64,000 nt of DNA, taken from contig NC_135669.1 in the NCBI RefSeq assembly GCF_964188315.1, positions 16,244,001-16,308,000 on the forward strand. The letters run 5' to 3'. This stretch comes from Podarcis muralis (lineage: Eukaryota). The notes beneath the pieces are model-generated. The model saw only the letters and a program-made list of their open reading frames with translations. It searched no databases and was not told the origin of the DNA. The translations under genes were made by a program, and so were the position numbers. Positions 1-13,054 of the stretch are shown here, piece after piece (positions within the stretch are counted from its first letter, which is position 1; every line of letters starts with the position of its first letter).

Positions 1-2740
1 TAGGATCCTACAAACCAGGACCCCGCAGAGTTGCCCGGTCTATGCTCGTGAAGCTGAGGTCTCCCCACTGCCCAGCTGTCCCGGGAAAGAGGCGGAGCTA
101 CGCCTGTTCTGAGCTGCGCGCTCTGTTTTATTTCCCTGGACTCCGATTCCCCGAGACAGACCCAGGCATTAAAAATGCTTACTCCCAACATAGCAGCAGC
201 AGCACAGCGAAAATACAAACAGCCAATGTGCAAAGTATGGTCAACGAAATCGTTTCCTGACTATGTACATGTGTATAGGTATGCGTTATCTGTATATTTG
301 TTTTCCTGCGTACGCACGAAAAGAGCAATAAAACATTCCATACTGTGGCTTTGGTTGAGAACCAAACGGCAAAATTTGGCAAAACAATAAAGAACAGGAA
401 GGTGGCGGCAGGGGGCGCCGTCGAGCTGCCGGGTGGCGAGAGCAAGAGGCGTCTGCGTCTCCCCTGGGTGTGTTTGGGGGGGGGGGGGGATATCGAGCCA
501 CGGGTCCGGGGAAAGTCAAGCAAGAACCAAAGGCAGCTCCAGGCCCTGGAACCAGCCGACGAGGTGCCCTTAGCCGGCCTGCCCTGCACTCTCCCCCACC
601 CGCGTTTCAGACGAGGGACTCCGGGGAGAAGAACCATCACCCCCTTCTCCAGAGGGGATGCTAGTGGTGTGGGATGCGTTGATAGAGCAGCAAGTACAAC
701 ATTTTCCTGTTGCCCAGAATGGACACACAGGGGGAAGTGGCTCCAGACAGGGAGGGCTTCCTGTCATATCTGCTCTGGAGCCTCCTCTCCCTGTGGGTGA
801 CCAGGTGGATGGGCGTGACGCTAGCTGTCCATGTAAAAGAGCTAGCCATGCAGCTATCATCCCTTTTCCTCTTTTGGATCTTCACTTCTGGATCCCTACT
901 GCTCCTGGCTCTTAGCCAGCACATGGCACATCCTTACAGAGGATGGAGACCTAACTCGGACTTAACTTTTCTCTACAAATGTAACTCTAGCCACAAGATA
1001 AAGCCTGCCTTCAGATTACTGCTGTGAACTGGACGTGAGAAAAAACCTGTTATTTTTCAAGAAGACTGTGCTGCGTTATTCTTATTTTAAAAGGGAAATA
1101 AAGGGGAAATTTACCAGGAACAAGCCAGACTGGATTGCTTAATTAAAAGACTCTAGCGAATCATCAACTTGCTTCCAATAAGTTGCAAAGGGACTGCGCT
1201 CTGCTGTTTGCTCACTAGGGTGAGTGAGGAGGGATAATATCAAAACAATATATCCTCTCCTACCTTCCTAAACATTCCCACAAGTGGTGACCCGACCCCC
1301 CCCCCACCAAAAGCTGGCTCCATTGTCAGGGGAGACGAGAGCACCACCTTGTGGCCTGCTTAGCAGAGAACGAGCCAATCGCAGCAAGGCAGAAAGGAAC
1401 GGAGCAGAGCCTTGGCCCGGCCAGATGGGAGAAGGATGGGAGAAGCAAAAGGACTTTGGGGGATTCACTGCCCTGCCTTTTTGTCCCCAGGTGCGACAGT
1501 GAGAGAAAACCGAGAGCCCCTTGAAGGACGGCAGGGTCATGCACGGGGCCCAGGGTTGGTGGACGATGTCCGGGCCTGGAGCCCAGCTGCGGCTGAGAGG
1601 AAGAGGCACCCAGGAATTGCCTGCTTCGGAGCCAAGGACGCAGCAAGCACCGAGGGACCTGATCCAGCTCTGCTCCCCTAGAGCCCTGGTAAAGTTTACA
1701 GCAAGAGGCTGACGGGCACTGCCAGGTAAGTGCGCTCTACCGAAAGGAAAGCCGGAGCGTGGAGTGGGGAGGACAAGGCAGACAAGCCCAGGATCTTGCC
1801 CCTCCATGAGATCCAGACCTCTCCTCCGCCAGGGCCCTTCAGGAGCGCTCCTCCCAGCAGAAAGCATAGTCGCCCACCCAAGAAGAAAAAGCATGGCGCG
1901 GGGCACAGGCAGCATGCTCTCAGGGAATAAACAAGCAGTCTCCCACCCGCCACCCCCCAAAAAAGCCTATTCCCAGAAAGACCCTCCCCCCAATTATGCT
2001 GGGCATAGGAAACATCAGGGGGTCGTGTGAGTTTGGATGGGGATCAGGGAATAGCTGACACGCGTGAGCTTGCAAATGCCGGTTCTGTGAGGGAGTGCAG
2101 AATGTGCCGCCCTTTCGACCTCCCCCTCCCGCCCCGCTGGCAGTGAGTTGCGTTTGGCAGTAGTGGGTTGTGCTTGTGGCTTCTGTAGAAGGAAGACGAT
2201 AAGTGGCAGTTTCTGCATCGGAAGGGGGAACCTCTTTTCCCCCACCCCACCCCCTTCTCTTCCTGGGGCCAATGCTCCCTTTCAGCAGCAACACACACAA
2301 ACACTCCCCCTGGCGTCCGCTCAGGAAGGGAAAAGATCCCCTCCAGCGGGCAGAGTTTCTCACGGGGTGCCCCAGGTGACCTGGTGGGTGGGGGCGGGCG
2401 CCGGGCAGAGAGGACCAACAGCAGGGGCAGGAGGAACAGGTCAAGACCTTCCCTGTGGCAAGTTGGGAGGCGAGCCCTCGCTCTCACCCCCCCCCCAAAT
2501 CCTCCCTTTGCAAACCCCCCCCCCAACTTTTTAGCCCTGGAATTCTTCCACAGAGGAAGATCTGCTCTGCAGCGCCCTGCCCAGCTGCGTACAAGGTCTC
2601 AAAGGAGAGGCTTAAGTGGGGGAGGGAGGGACCTCGACACTTCTGACACCAGTGGAGAGTCTTTAGAGGAAGCTCATGGATGCGGGAGGACGGAAGGGCA
2701 GAGTGCAGGAGGGGACCATCCCGGGCCGCCGGGCACCGGT

Positions 2741-5700
2741 CTACTTGGTGCCTTCATCGGGGTTGCCCTCGCCGTCCGTCTTGCCCTCCTCCTCCGTCTT
2801 CTGGTCGTCCGTGTTCAACCTCTGCTGCTTCTTGCGCCGCACGCACTTGACAGCCACCAGCACCAGGATGACCACGGCCAGGAACCCTCCCACCGTGGCG
2901 CCCACGATCACGGCCACCGTCGAGTCCCGCTCGGGAGGTTCTGCGGAGGAGACACAGCCGAGACTAGTGGGGGACGGGGCTGAGGAAGGGCACGCGCAGC
3001 AGGCTTGATCCCCCGAGGGGGCTTGGAGAGAGGGGCTAGGGGAGCAGGGGTGTTCCCCGCCCAGGCTTTGCAGGAAGGTGGGCTTCTGGGGTGGGCGTGG
3101 CCTTTCTAGGACGCTGCAGCACAGCAGGTAAGAAAAGCGTGTTGTTGTGGGGTGGGTCCTAGGGGGAGAGGGAGACCATAGACGGCAGGCCTCCCGAAGG
3201 CTGACTGACCTTCGGTGATCACTATCAGGCTGATCTTGCCGTGTCCCTTCTGCCGGTCAGGGGGGTTCATGACGTAGCAGTGGTAGGTCCCTTCGTCGTC
3301 CAGCTGCACGTTGTGGAGGGTGAAGGAGACGTCGTTCTTGATGGGGTTCCCGGTGAACTCCACGCGATCCCCAAAGCGGGTCTGCTCCATAGGAACAATC
3401 TTCAACCTAAACTGTAGAAACTGGAGACGGGGGGGGGGGGCGTTAAGGAGCAGAGACTGCCGCAGTCCACGCAGGACGCTCTGGAGAGCTGCGACAAACT
3501 GATATATCACACCAGGGGAGCTATCTTGAATTGGGGGTACCCAGGAAAGCCCCGCCCCACATAATCGATCACATGAAGGGATCCACGCACACCATTTGAA
3601 TAGCAATGCCCATTAACTTTGGTTGGGGGGAGCCCTCAAGTATTTTGTTGTGGAGGCAAAGACCCCTTGGCCCCTAGGACTTGGGCTCCTATGTATCACA
3701 CACCCTTTTTAAAAAAAATAAAATAAAAACAGGCTTCAGTAGCAAAGACTATCCCTGGGACAGGTGGTTGCAATAAAACGCGTGCCTCTGAGCACATGCA
3801 CGAGTGCATTCCGCTTGATCGTGGCTTAAAAGGGGCAGCAGAGCTCATCTGTTACAGCAAACACAACGAACAGAGTTCTGGAACCTTAAAGACTTGCTCA
3901 TTTATTGTGGCAACAAGAAACTTAGGCCACAGTAGACGCTTGGCAGCTTCGAGTAGAATAAGTGCTACAGCCCGCTCGCTCCACACACATACATTCACAG
4001 GAACCGCATTTGGGGACGGGTTGCAAGGACTTCCAAAGTCCAGGCTCTGCCGCTAAGTTGTTGTTGCAGCGCCCTCTCAGCTGGGCACCCAGTGCAGGCG
4101 ACCCAGTTTTGCACTCCCCTCAATCTGCCTCTGCGCCGCAGCATGCTTCGAGGAAGTGACCCGCCCAGCTCAGCTGCGGGCTGCAGACTCACCATCTCTT
4201 CGGTGCAGTTGTCGCATTCCTGGTATGTCCAGTTAAGGGAGAACTGCTTCTTCTCCACCCGGTAGCAGGAGTTGAAAGTGCAGGTGAGGCGGACGGAGGA
4301 GCCATTCAGGGCCATGATGGTGAAAGGCGCCGTGACCTCCATGCCCAGGCTGCTTGGCACTGCCGGAAGAAGAGGAGAACAGGGTAAGACAGGAGAGGCG
4401 AATCTACACCGGTCAGTCATAACTTTTAAAATGTGTTATAAAAATGTGACACCAGAGGGCGCTGCAGAGCAGCAATCAGTCCGCCATGAGAAATTGCATT
4501 GAGAGTTATATAGGGTTGTTGTTTTTTCTAATAGCCTTTATTTCATAGCATTTATACAGATCAGTGCAGATCCAGCCTCGCTTGATCTCCCACCCCACCC
4601 ACCCATTACACACGAAGGGCAGCAACGTTGGGTCGGCAACCCCCCCCCCCTTTTTGGAGGAAGGCGGACTCTTGACAAAGGACCCTCTGGGAGTTGGTTG
4701 GTTTGTTTGTTTGTTTCCAAAGGAGAAAGTGCTCAAGACAGTTCTATATTAAGTGATCATTTAAAACGGGATCCCAACTGTACCGGAAAAACGTAGCTGG
4801 AGAATTTCATAGAACAAGCCTGACGGGATAGCTCAGTCAGTAGAGCATAAAACTCTGCACCTCAGGGATGTGGGTTCGAGCCCCACTTTGGGCAAAAGAT
4901 CCTTGCATTGCAAGGGACTAGATGACCCTTGGGGTCCCTTCCAACTTGACAATTCTTTGATGGCCAGAGAAGTGGGACGAGCGACTCCTGGTTGCAATGT
5001 GGACCGCTCCTATTCAAGGCGCCAGGCAGTCAGTCCTGCCCCTTTCATCAGCACTCCATTAGGAACTTAAGAAACTGCATTTATACCGAGTCAGACCATT
5101 GGTCCATATAGGCCAGTACTGTCAACACTGACTGGCAACAGCAGCTCTCCAGGATTTGAGGCAGAGGCGTCTCCTCCTGGCCCTACCTGGAGATGCCCGC
5201 GGGGGTTGCTCCTGGGACCTTCTGCATGCAGCGCACATGCCCTTTCCAAACCTCCCCTCTCCCCTTGTTTTTCTCCCCCTCCCGCCAGCATTCTGGCCCA
5301 GTTATTTGGGATTATTCTTTTTTCTAAACGAGGTTTTTGGGGGGAGGGGGCGTCTGAAAACTTCCCCGCCAGCCTGAAGGCAGAGCGCTCCCCCTCTTGC
5401 GCGCGTTGCTGGAGAGGCTTTGGCTACGGAAGGACGCGCGCTGAGCTCCTGCGTCCGCCGCTGTTCCGTCCCGGCTACGGACGGCAAGAAGCCGGCCAAC
5501 AGCTCCGCCGCTTCCGTTCTCCCTCTCCGTTTCTTCGCGCTCATCGCAGCAGTTCCTCCCAGGTCCCCCTGGCTTTGAAGGCAGATCTCCAAAAGGGTCT
5601 CCCCTCACCCTCACCTTCTTTATCGATCAGCCACGCGGGGGATCAAGGCGAGTTTAAAGCGTGAAACTGCAGATGCTCAGAATAGTTCAGTTTCTGATCA

Positions 5701-7595
5701 GGGCTGGCACACTATATTCTTTTTGTTTTGGCGTTAACAGATCAGGAACGTAGAAGGAATTGCAGAGGACGAAACGGCGGCTGGGGAGAGCGGGGAGATG
5801 CCTGGATTATGTACCTGTTCCAGGACTGAACTAGCAATACCTGCCACCACGTCTGGGGTCTGACATTCCCAGGCTGCACCACTGCTCCGAACCAAAGCTC
5901 CTTCCGCGTGGCCCTAAGACCCCACCTGAGTCACCCCCGAGGGGATAATCATGGCAGCGTGCGTGCCCGACTCTCCACCCTGGGCGCATGCTCAGGAGTA
6001 GAGGGATTTCTGCTGCCCCACACGGGTATGGGTGTCATTCTTCCCAATCGCTGCTGCAGCTGGGTGGCAGCCCTGGGGCTTTAAGGAGACGCCTGAGGCA
6101 GGCAGTCCAAGGTCAGCTTGTTTCTGTCAGTCCCTTTTGCTGACGGCTGGCAAACCGGTCTCCTGGCTGTTCCGAGGAGCCCTCAGTGCTGCAGAAGCTG
6201 CAGCCTCTGCAGTGCCTTGAATGCAGCAATTGCTGAGGCAGTTCCTGGCTCGTCAGATGCTACTGCAAAACTGGAACACATTCAACACACACCTCCCCCT
6301 CGCCGTACCCCGGGAGCCCCGAGGGGAAGACGGTGCACCCTTAGTTCAGCTGGGATCTGCAGCAGAGATCAGGGGGCTCCTCGCCGAGCTGGCTACCCAG
6401 AGCAGCGTCCTCTTCTCCCCACAAGCCCAGCCGCAGAAAGCCTGGCCTTTCTCCCCCTCATCCTTTCCAAAACTGTCGCCTTCGCGCTTTTTGCAGACCC
6501 TTCGCGCTCCTGTTTGGAGAGGCAGACCGGGCTGTGTGCTCGACCAGCGGGACACAAGCCTTGTAACGGAGGGGGCCGAGTAAGAAGGGGCTGGGAGTGG
6601 GGAGTAGCGAAGGCCCAGATCCAGTTCTGGCCCCGGGGTCCTAGGCGCACCCTCCTCGTCTCTTCTCTCCCACATGGAACTGGTGATCACGGACTGCTGT
6701 AGAAAGGTCGCGCCTGGCAGCAGGGAGCCACTGGTGGCTAAGTCGGCCTTTACAGAGGCCCTTTGGAAGGTGAGAGCAGGAGGAGCCACTGCTGGGCATC
6801 GCCAGCGGTGGCCAGGAAACCCTCGAAGGCTCCCACAAGGCTTCTGAGAGAAGCCCCTATGAATGCTGGGGAGTGGGCGCCGGCGCAGTATCCTAGGGGG
6901 TGGGAGGCAGTGGTTGGCCCCTGCTGAACCAAGAGGGGGTTCTCTTCCTGCGGAGTCGCCTGGTGGCAGCTGCATATCCCCCCCCCCACACACCCCACAG
7001 TCTAAGCGAGGGAAGAACCTGTGCCTCATTTTGGGAGGACCCAAGCAGGCGTGGGAGGGAGCAACTCTGGTCCCCAGGATAGGAGGCGGAGCAGCATCTG
7101 GCAACCCCGGCACAGCTGTGTGTGAGAGAGAGTGACCACATGCACACTGCCCTCAGCCGCTGCCCCCCGAGGCCCGGAGCGCTTTCCTCGGCATTGATAT
7201 TCTCCGTTGCTGGCGACTGATCCGGCCAAAAATTGTGTAGCTCTGGCGAAGCACAGGCTCTGGCCGGTTCTTCCAGCAAATGCACTGAGGGGCGCTGGCC
7301 AGGAAAGGGCCCTCCCCGAAGGCGCCCCCCAAAGACGCTCCCCGCCCGCCCTGGAGCCAAGGCAAAGCGGCGCCTCCTTCTCCTCCCTGGAGCGCAGCTG
7401 TCAGTGGGACTGCGGAGCCGGGCAGATCCGCAGCGGCCCTCGCCAGATTGCAGCAGCAGCAGCCCCCTCCCCGCTGCTCCCCTCCTGCCTCAGCTCCCCA
7501 TGCCAGGACCCCAGAAGCCACTTACCCAGCGCGAGGCAGAGGATGAGGAGCGCCAGGGCGTGCGTCTTCCGGGGCCGGGGGGCTTCTCGGCTCAT
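2741..7595 (-). CDS. SCN2B: Sodium channel beta-2 subunit; 4 coding exons: 7526-7595, 4193-4359, 3210-3420, 2741-2940 (648 nt, 215 aa)
   Basis: All junctions are GT-AG and in frame. Translation: MSREAPRPRKTHALALLILCLAL|VPSSLGMEVTAPFTIMALNGSSVRLTCTFNSCYRVEKKQFSLNWTYQECDNCTEEM|FLQFRLK...YHCYVMNPPDRQKGHG...|EPPERDSTVAVIVGATVGGFLAVVILVL...TEEEGKTDGEGNPDEGTK*. Exon sizes 70/167/211/200 and the FNSCY cysteine are typical of SCN2B. Confidence 0.97.
4450..4464 (+). promoter_or_regulatory. CTCF-like motif in SCN2B intron 1
   Basis: CACCAGAGGGCGCTG closely matches the CTCF core consensus CCASYAGRKGGCRS. Motif match only. Confidence 0.45.
4822..4958 (+). mobile_element. tRNA(Lys)-derived SINE with CR1-type tail
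   Basis: Head resembles tRNA-Lys(CTT) with A and B boxes (tagctcagtcagtagagc, ggttcgagcccc), followed by gcattgcaaggg..ctagatgacc. Confidence 0.7.
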
Positions 7596-9924
7596 CCTCC
7601 GGGCCTAGCGGGGAGAGGGGGAGGGGGCCGGGCGGTGCGCTGCTTGGCTTGGCTTGGCTTGGCTTGGGTGGAGGGGAGTGTCAAATGCGGGGTTTGGACT
7701 CGGAGGCATACATCATGTTCTGGAAGCTTTATGGCGAGGGCTCCAAGATGGCCGGCTGGAGGGTTTGGTGCTTCCCCTGCAGCCGCGGTTAAAAAACGGG
7801 GGGACACATCATTTCTGTGGTTGGCGAATCTCAGCAAAGGAAGTGGGAGGGCAGGAAACCCTTATGTGCCGGGAATGAGAGATGCTCCCAGCTTCCGCGG
7901 GGGCGGCGGGCTGGGGGAGAGCGGAGGATTAATCTCGACACCCCCTGCCTGCCCTCCCCGGGTTCTGGTCAGGGAAGGGTCATAGCTCAGGGGCAAAGCA
8001 CCGCATTTGGACGCAGAAGGTCCCAGATCCAACCCACAGCAGCATCTCCAGGTAGGACTGAGGAAAGGCACCTGTCTAAAGACCCGGAGAGCATCTTCCC
8101 GCCAGAGCTGACTGGACCTGGACCCGGAGAAAGCAGTTGTCACTGTTGCTACGTTCTTGGGCTGCTGCTCTTTCCCAAAGAGCAGAGCCGGCGGCCGAAG
8201 TCAACTTCTCAGCCACCCGCTTCAGAGGGACGTCTTCTTGTCCTCCAGCCCAAACTATGCACGGAGTGCCTCCTGGAGCAAATGCCCATTTCAAGGGTTC
8301 CCTCCCCAAAACATGCTGAGCAGGAGGAGAAGGCTGGTAGGGGACCTTCGCGCGGGGGTGGGGGAAGAATTCCCTGCTCTGCAAATGATTTATTGCCTGA
8401 CCCCTCAATTTGGTCCTGGGGGAGCCAAATGCATTTCATATTCCCAACTAAAGCAACACAACCCCGCGCAAGAGAGAGAGCAGAGCTGCTCCCCCCGACT
8501 GGCTATGGGACTCTTACGCGCGCGCACACCCCTTCCTCTTTTCGCAGCAACTACCCCAGCGACTGGGCAGGGAGGGCGAGAAGGGTCAAGAGTATCAATT
8601 TAGGCATCCCAGTGTGCATTAGGTAATCCAGCTGCTCTTCCCCATCCCCCACCGCGCGCAATCGTCCAGGAGGACAGGAAGTGGCGCGGCAGCATGCTCC
8701 AGGCGAGTAGGTGGCAGGGAATGGATGGATGCTCTCGCGCCTCTTCCACAGCAAGCAAACAAGACAGACCCCACGCCACCCTCTCTTCTCCCCTCCACCA
8801 AGCGCTGTTTCCCACGGCTGCTTCCTCCCCCTCCCAGTTGGCCCTGAGCTGCCCAGTCTGCGTTGCCAGTGGGAGCTGCTGGGGACCAGTCGGGACAGGG
8901 AGCCAGCGGCGAATCAAACGCCCCGCTCCCCATACAAACACACTGCAGGCTCCGAAGGCCTCCCCACCCACAAGTGAATGTGGGCCGGGCGAGGCTCCCC
9001 CGGAGCTGCCTTGGCTATCCTGCTTCCTTCCTTGGGCACTGGCTGAAGTGTCGGGTGCGGAGAAAGAGCTCCCTTAACTTCTCCGCTTTCTGGACGCTCC
9101 AAGCGCGCCTTGCTGCAGCTGCTGGGAAATGTCGGAGGGCGGCAACGCGAAACCAAAGAATACAGCCGGCTGCGCTTCTGCACAGGCTCTGGGTGGCGTC
9201 TCCCGGGTCCGCTCAGAAAGAGCCCGCGCAGAGAGGGCTCTGGCAGTGTTGTGGGTACGCTTTGGACTGGTCTCTCATCTGCTGGGGCTGCTTAGGGGTG
9301 AAGGAAGAGACTTGGCTACTGTGGGGAAGGGGAGCGAGGAAGGGACTGTTGAGCCGCTCCAAGCGCCAGCGCAGCGCCTCGCCGGCCTATCCCAGAGTCA
9401 CGTCTTTCTACTGGGGCGCTATCCATAGTCCTGATGCAAGCGGCCTCCCGTCACTCTCGCCTTCCTGATAGAAAGTAATGGTGAGCTGGGCTCATCCTGC
9501 GCAGGAAGGAGAGGGCACCGAGCCACCAACCTCAGTCTGCACCTGCCTGCCTTCTTCTTGACATCTATCCGGTTTTGTCTTTTCAGGGGGGATGGAGACA
9601 AACACAGAATTAGTTGTCTTCTGTTCTGCAAACTGTTATCCTTCCAATCTTCCACCCTGGCAGTCCTAATGGGCATCAGACCCCAGTGGCTTCTGAGTCC
9701 AGATGGTTTCACTGGCTATTAACCCCAGGTGGAGGTGTTCATACACCTACTAGAAAGAGGAGAATTTTGGGTCTATCACTCATGCTCCTTATGCACTGGG
9801 CTAGGCAAGGAGGGCTAAGGAAGCTGGAGAATGGCCCAGCTCTGTTGGCTGTGTGTACCTGACTTGTCTGAGGCCCTTCAAATCTACCCTGTTGGGCTCA
9901 GCCAAATCCGATGCACAGGGCTAG

Positions 9925-10170
9925 TACAGTGATACCTCAGGTTAAGTACTTAATTCGTTCCGGAGGTCCGTTCTTACCCTGAAACTGTTTTTAACCTGAA
10001 GCACCACTTTAGCTAGTGGGGCCTCCTGCTGCCGCTGCTCCGTCGGAGCACAATTTCTGTTCTCATCCTGAAGCAAAGTTCTTAACCCGAGGTACTATTT
10101 CTGGGTTAGCGGAGTCTATAACCTGAAGTGTATGTAACCTGAAGTGTATGTAACCCAAGGTACCACTGTA
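9925..10170. mobile_element. Tc1/mariner-type MITE, family A
   Basis: TA-flanked TIRs CAGTG(G/A)TACCTC..GTTA / TAACC..AGGTACCACTG; internal tandem duplication of acctgaagtgtatgta. Confidence 0.85.
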
Positions 10171-11017
10171 TATAAGTCATATCTAGTAGTCACTGATAGC
10201 CCTATCCTCCATTAATTTGACAACAGTGACAGTACACTGACTTCTAGGGTGTTTTGCGCTCACAGAGACTGCCCATCACTACCATCCTGGGCAGGTTCCA
10301 ACTGGCCCCCTCTGAAGTAGATCCCGCTGCACTTACTCCTCCTTAAATTTAAGGAGCACTTCATTAATATTTCAAGGCACTCTCCTTTACCAGGACAACC
10401 TGCGCAGCCCAATTCTGCAAAGTCAGAGCAGACTTGCAGCTGAGTCAGTCCCTTACGCTCGCGAAAGGAGTCCTACGTCCTAAAAGGCAATTGGCAGAGG
10501 CCTGGAGTCCCAAGGGGCAGAACCAGCCCCCCTCCCAGAAGTTTGGCACTGTCTTCCAAAGGACAGGGAAATGTGGCTTAATGGGTTTGCTAGGTCCACC
10601 GTAGTCCCACCCTGAAAGACGTAGTATCCCTCTGCATGATAACAACCGCCGGGATGACAAGAGGGCAGGGTGCTATTTCTCCCATGTCCCGCTTGTGTGT
10701 TTCCCATTGAGGCACCCGGTTGGCCACAGGGAGAACAGATGTTTGTACCAGATGGGCCCCCATTGGCCTGATCCAGTTGTAATATTACCTGCTGAGATTA
10801 CCCTTGGTGGACTAGGAAGCTTTGGCCATTTTCACTCTTAAGGCCATTTCTGTAGGGATGTGAATGGATGCTAGGAGAGGGTATAGTTATTATATTTTAT
10901 CCTTCCTCACAATTGTTAAATTTCAGAGTGCATCCCTTTGCAGCTTAAAAGGGAAGCTTAGATAGGTTAGTTTTAATCTTTTTAGTTTAAGTAAAGTTTA
11001 GTTTAGTTTAGATTTAA

Positions 11018-11488
11018 GGTGCTGGTTTTGACCTTTAAAGCCCTTCACGGCCTAGGACCCTTGTACCTACGGGGCCGTCTCTCCCAGTATGCACCACGGA
11101 GGACCTTAAGGTCCATAAATAGCAACACCCTAGTGGTCCCGGGCCCTAAGGAAGTTAGATTAGCCTCAACCAGGGCCAGGGCCTTTTCAACACTGGTGGA
11201 ACGCTCTGCCTCATGAGACCAGGGCCCTGCAGGATCTGATTTCTTTCCACAGGGCCTGTAAAACAGAGTTGTTCCACCTGGCCTTTAGCTTGGAGCCAAT
11301 TTGATTCCCTCCCCCTCTTTCTTTTTCCTTTCTCCTCCTGTGATGAGGCTGCATTTTAACATTTTAATGTTTTAATGTTGCATTTTAATCTTGTTTTTAA
11401 GTTGTATTCATTCAATTTGTTTTTATTATTGCTTGTTAGCCACCCTGAGCCCGGCCTTGGCTGGGGAGGGCGGGGTATATAAATAAAA

Positions 11489-11527
<39 letters not shown>
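11018..11527 (+). mobile_element. L2 LINE 3' fragment
   Basis: ORF2 C-terminal peptide VLVLTFKALHGLGPLYLRGRL..RTLRS, followed by an L2-type 3' UTR and (TTA)n tail. Confidence 0.8.
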
Positions 11528-11623
11528 TAATCCAGGGTGCTTTAAGGCAGACTGGATTCTCCTGGTATTTCATCCTTTTCTCCCCTCCAAAACAACAATC
11601 ACAGAGTCTTGTAAAAGGTAAAA

Positions 11624-11780
11624 TACCATATTTTCCCATGTATTGCCCTCATGTATTTGGGGGACTCAAAATTAAGAAAATGGGGGGAGATTGCCCCTGT
11701 GTATAAGACTAACCCCCCTTTAAACATTTTTTTTGGGGGGGGGAAATACAACCTAGTCTTATACATGGAAAAGTACAGTA
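11624..11780. mobile_element. Short TA-flanked MITE
   Basis: Imperfect TIRs taccatattttcccatgtat / atacatggaaaagtacagta. Confidence 0.6.
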
Positions 11781-13054
11781 ATATTCTGCTAGTTTTGATT
11801 TTGTTAGTTTTTTGTGGTGTGCTTTTTGTTTTCTGTGAATTCTCATTGTTTGGGCCTAAACCCTGTATATTTTATAGACTTATTTATTATTTCAGGTATG
11901 ACTATACTACTTTTCATCAGAAAGAATCACCAAGCAATTTACCAAAAATTAAAATTAAATGCAATATAGAAAACCTCAAAATCCATAAATACAATATAGA
12001 AAACATCAAACTCCTAACATAGAATTCTACTCAATCATAACAAAAGAAAGAAATCCCTATGGAAAACCGCATTTTAAAATTTCCTGCTCTCTGCCGCCAT
12101 CTGGTGTTGCACATTTATAGCACATTCAAATAACTGTTTCTTTACTAATGAGGCTGAGTCCAAACTCTTGGCAGTTACGGATTTCATAAAACTCTCAGTA
12201 CATCCACAAAGACATACTACAATACCAGCAATCAAATGCTATGAGGCTAAAATCACATTTAATCTGGGAATATACAAAATTTACATGGCAGTACATAACA
12301 AAAGTGACATTCCTTGTCTAGAACAGAAGTTTAAAAAGAAATGTGAAGTGGGAGAAGTAACATAATAAAAATGTGTAAATGGGACAGAAGTCTAACACTG
12401 CAATTCATGCATATCCACTCAGAGGCAAGTTCCATCAAGTTCAATAAGGCTTACTCCCAAGTAAACACACACAGGACTGCAGCCAAAATAAATTGTTATG
12501 CTAAAAGAACTTAATTAACTGACTTCCTCCTTCCAGGACTATGGGTCAAAAGTTTGTAACTTCCCCATAGTTATAATAACTTTCCATCAAACATGATGCA
12601 ACTTGAATTGGGCATTATGTAATTACAACTATTTCACAAGGAATTCTGTTTTTGAGAAAGCAAACTTCTGCTTGTAAATTGAAACCGACTGTAAATTCTT
12701 AAGGTGTGAATCATGTCATCCCATAAGCATGCAGAGATCTGGTTTCTATCAGAAGCTTGAAGAAAGGACATATTATGTTGTTGATGGGTTATTTGCCACT
12801 TTACTCATGGCAATGACTCAAAGCAATTTTACAAGCACAATAGAAATACTAAAACCAATGACAACAAACACAATTAAAAATCTTTTTTTAAAAAAAACTA
12901 AAGTAAAAAACCACACCTTTATACCGTAAATAAAACACATGCCTAGCCAATCATGCCCCACCAAAAGCGGCCACAAATACTTAAAACCTCTTCAAATTAA
13001 TGACCAAAAGCCTGGGTAAAAATGAAGGTTTTTGCTTCATTTTTAGATACAGAT

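Noticed and set aside
1-2740. SCN4B exon 1 expected downstream of SCN2B
   Set aside because: No convincing signal-peptide exon with a donor was found. The region reads as SCN2B 3' UTR or intergenic DNA, and SCN4B is probably left of the window.
8551-8619. Mini-ORF MHTGMPKLILLTLLALPAQSLG* (minus) as SCN2B exon 1 or a JAML signal relic
   Set aside because: It has no phase-1 donor, and a better 70-nt SCN2B exon 1 with a GTAAG donor exists at 7526-7595. The KLILL..SLG resemblance to JAML sits at the wrong end of the gap and spans what is an exon junction in JAML, so it is probably chance.
5200-9470. Many long overlapping ORFs (for example 6346-7113, 7233-7985, 7817-8626)
   Set aside because: GC-rich CpG island and intron 1 of SCN2B. 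The ORFs occur in all frames, are low-complexity and show no recognisable domain; this is expected from stop-codon scarcity.
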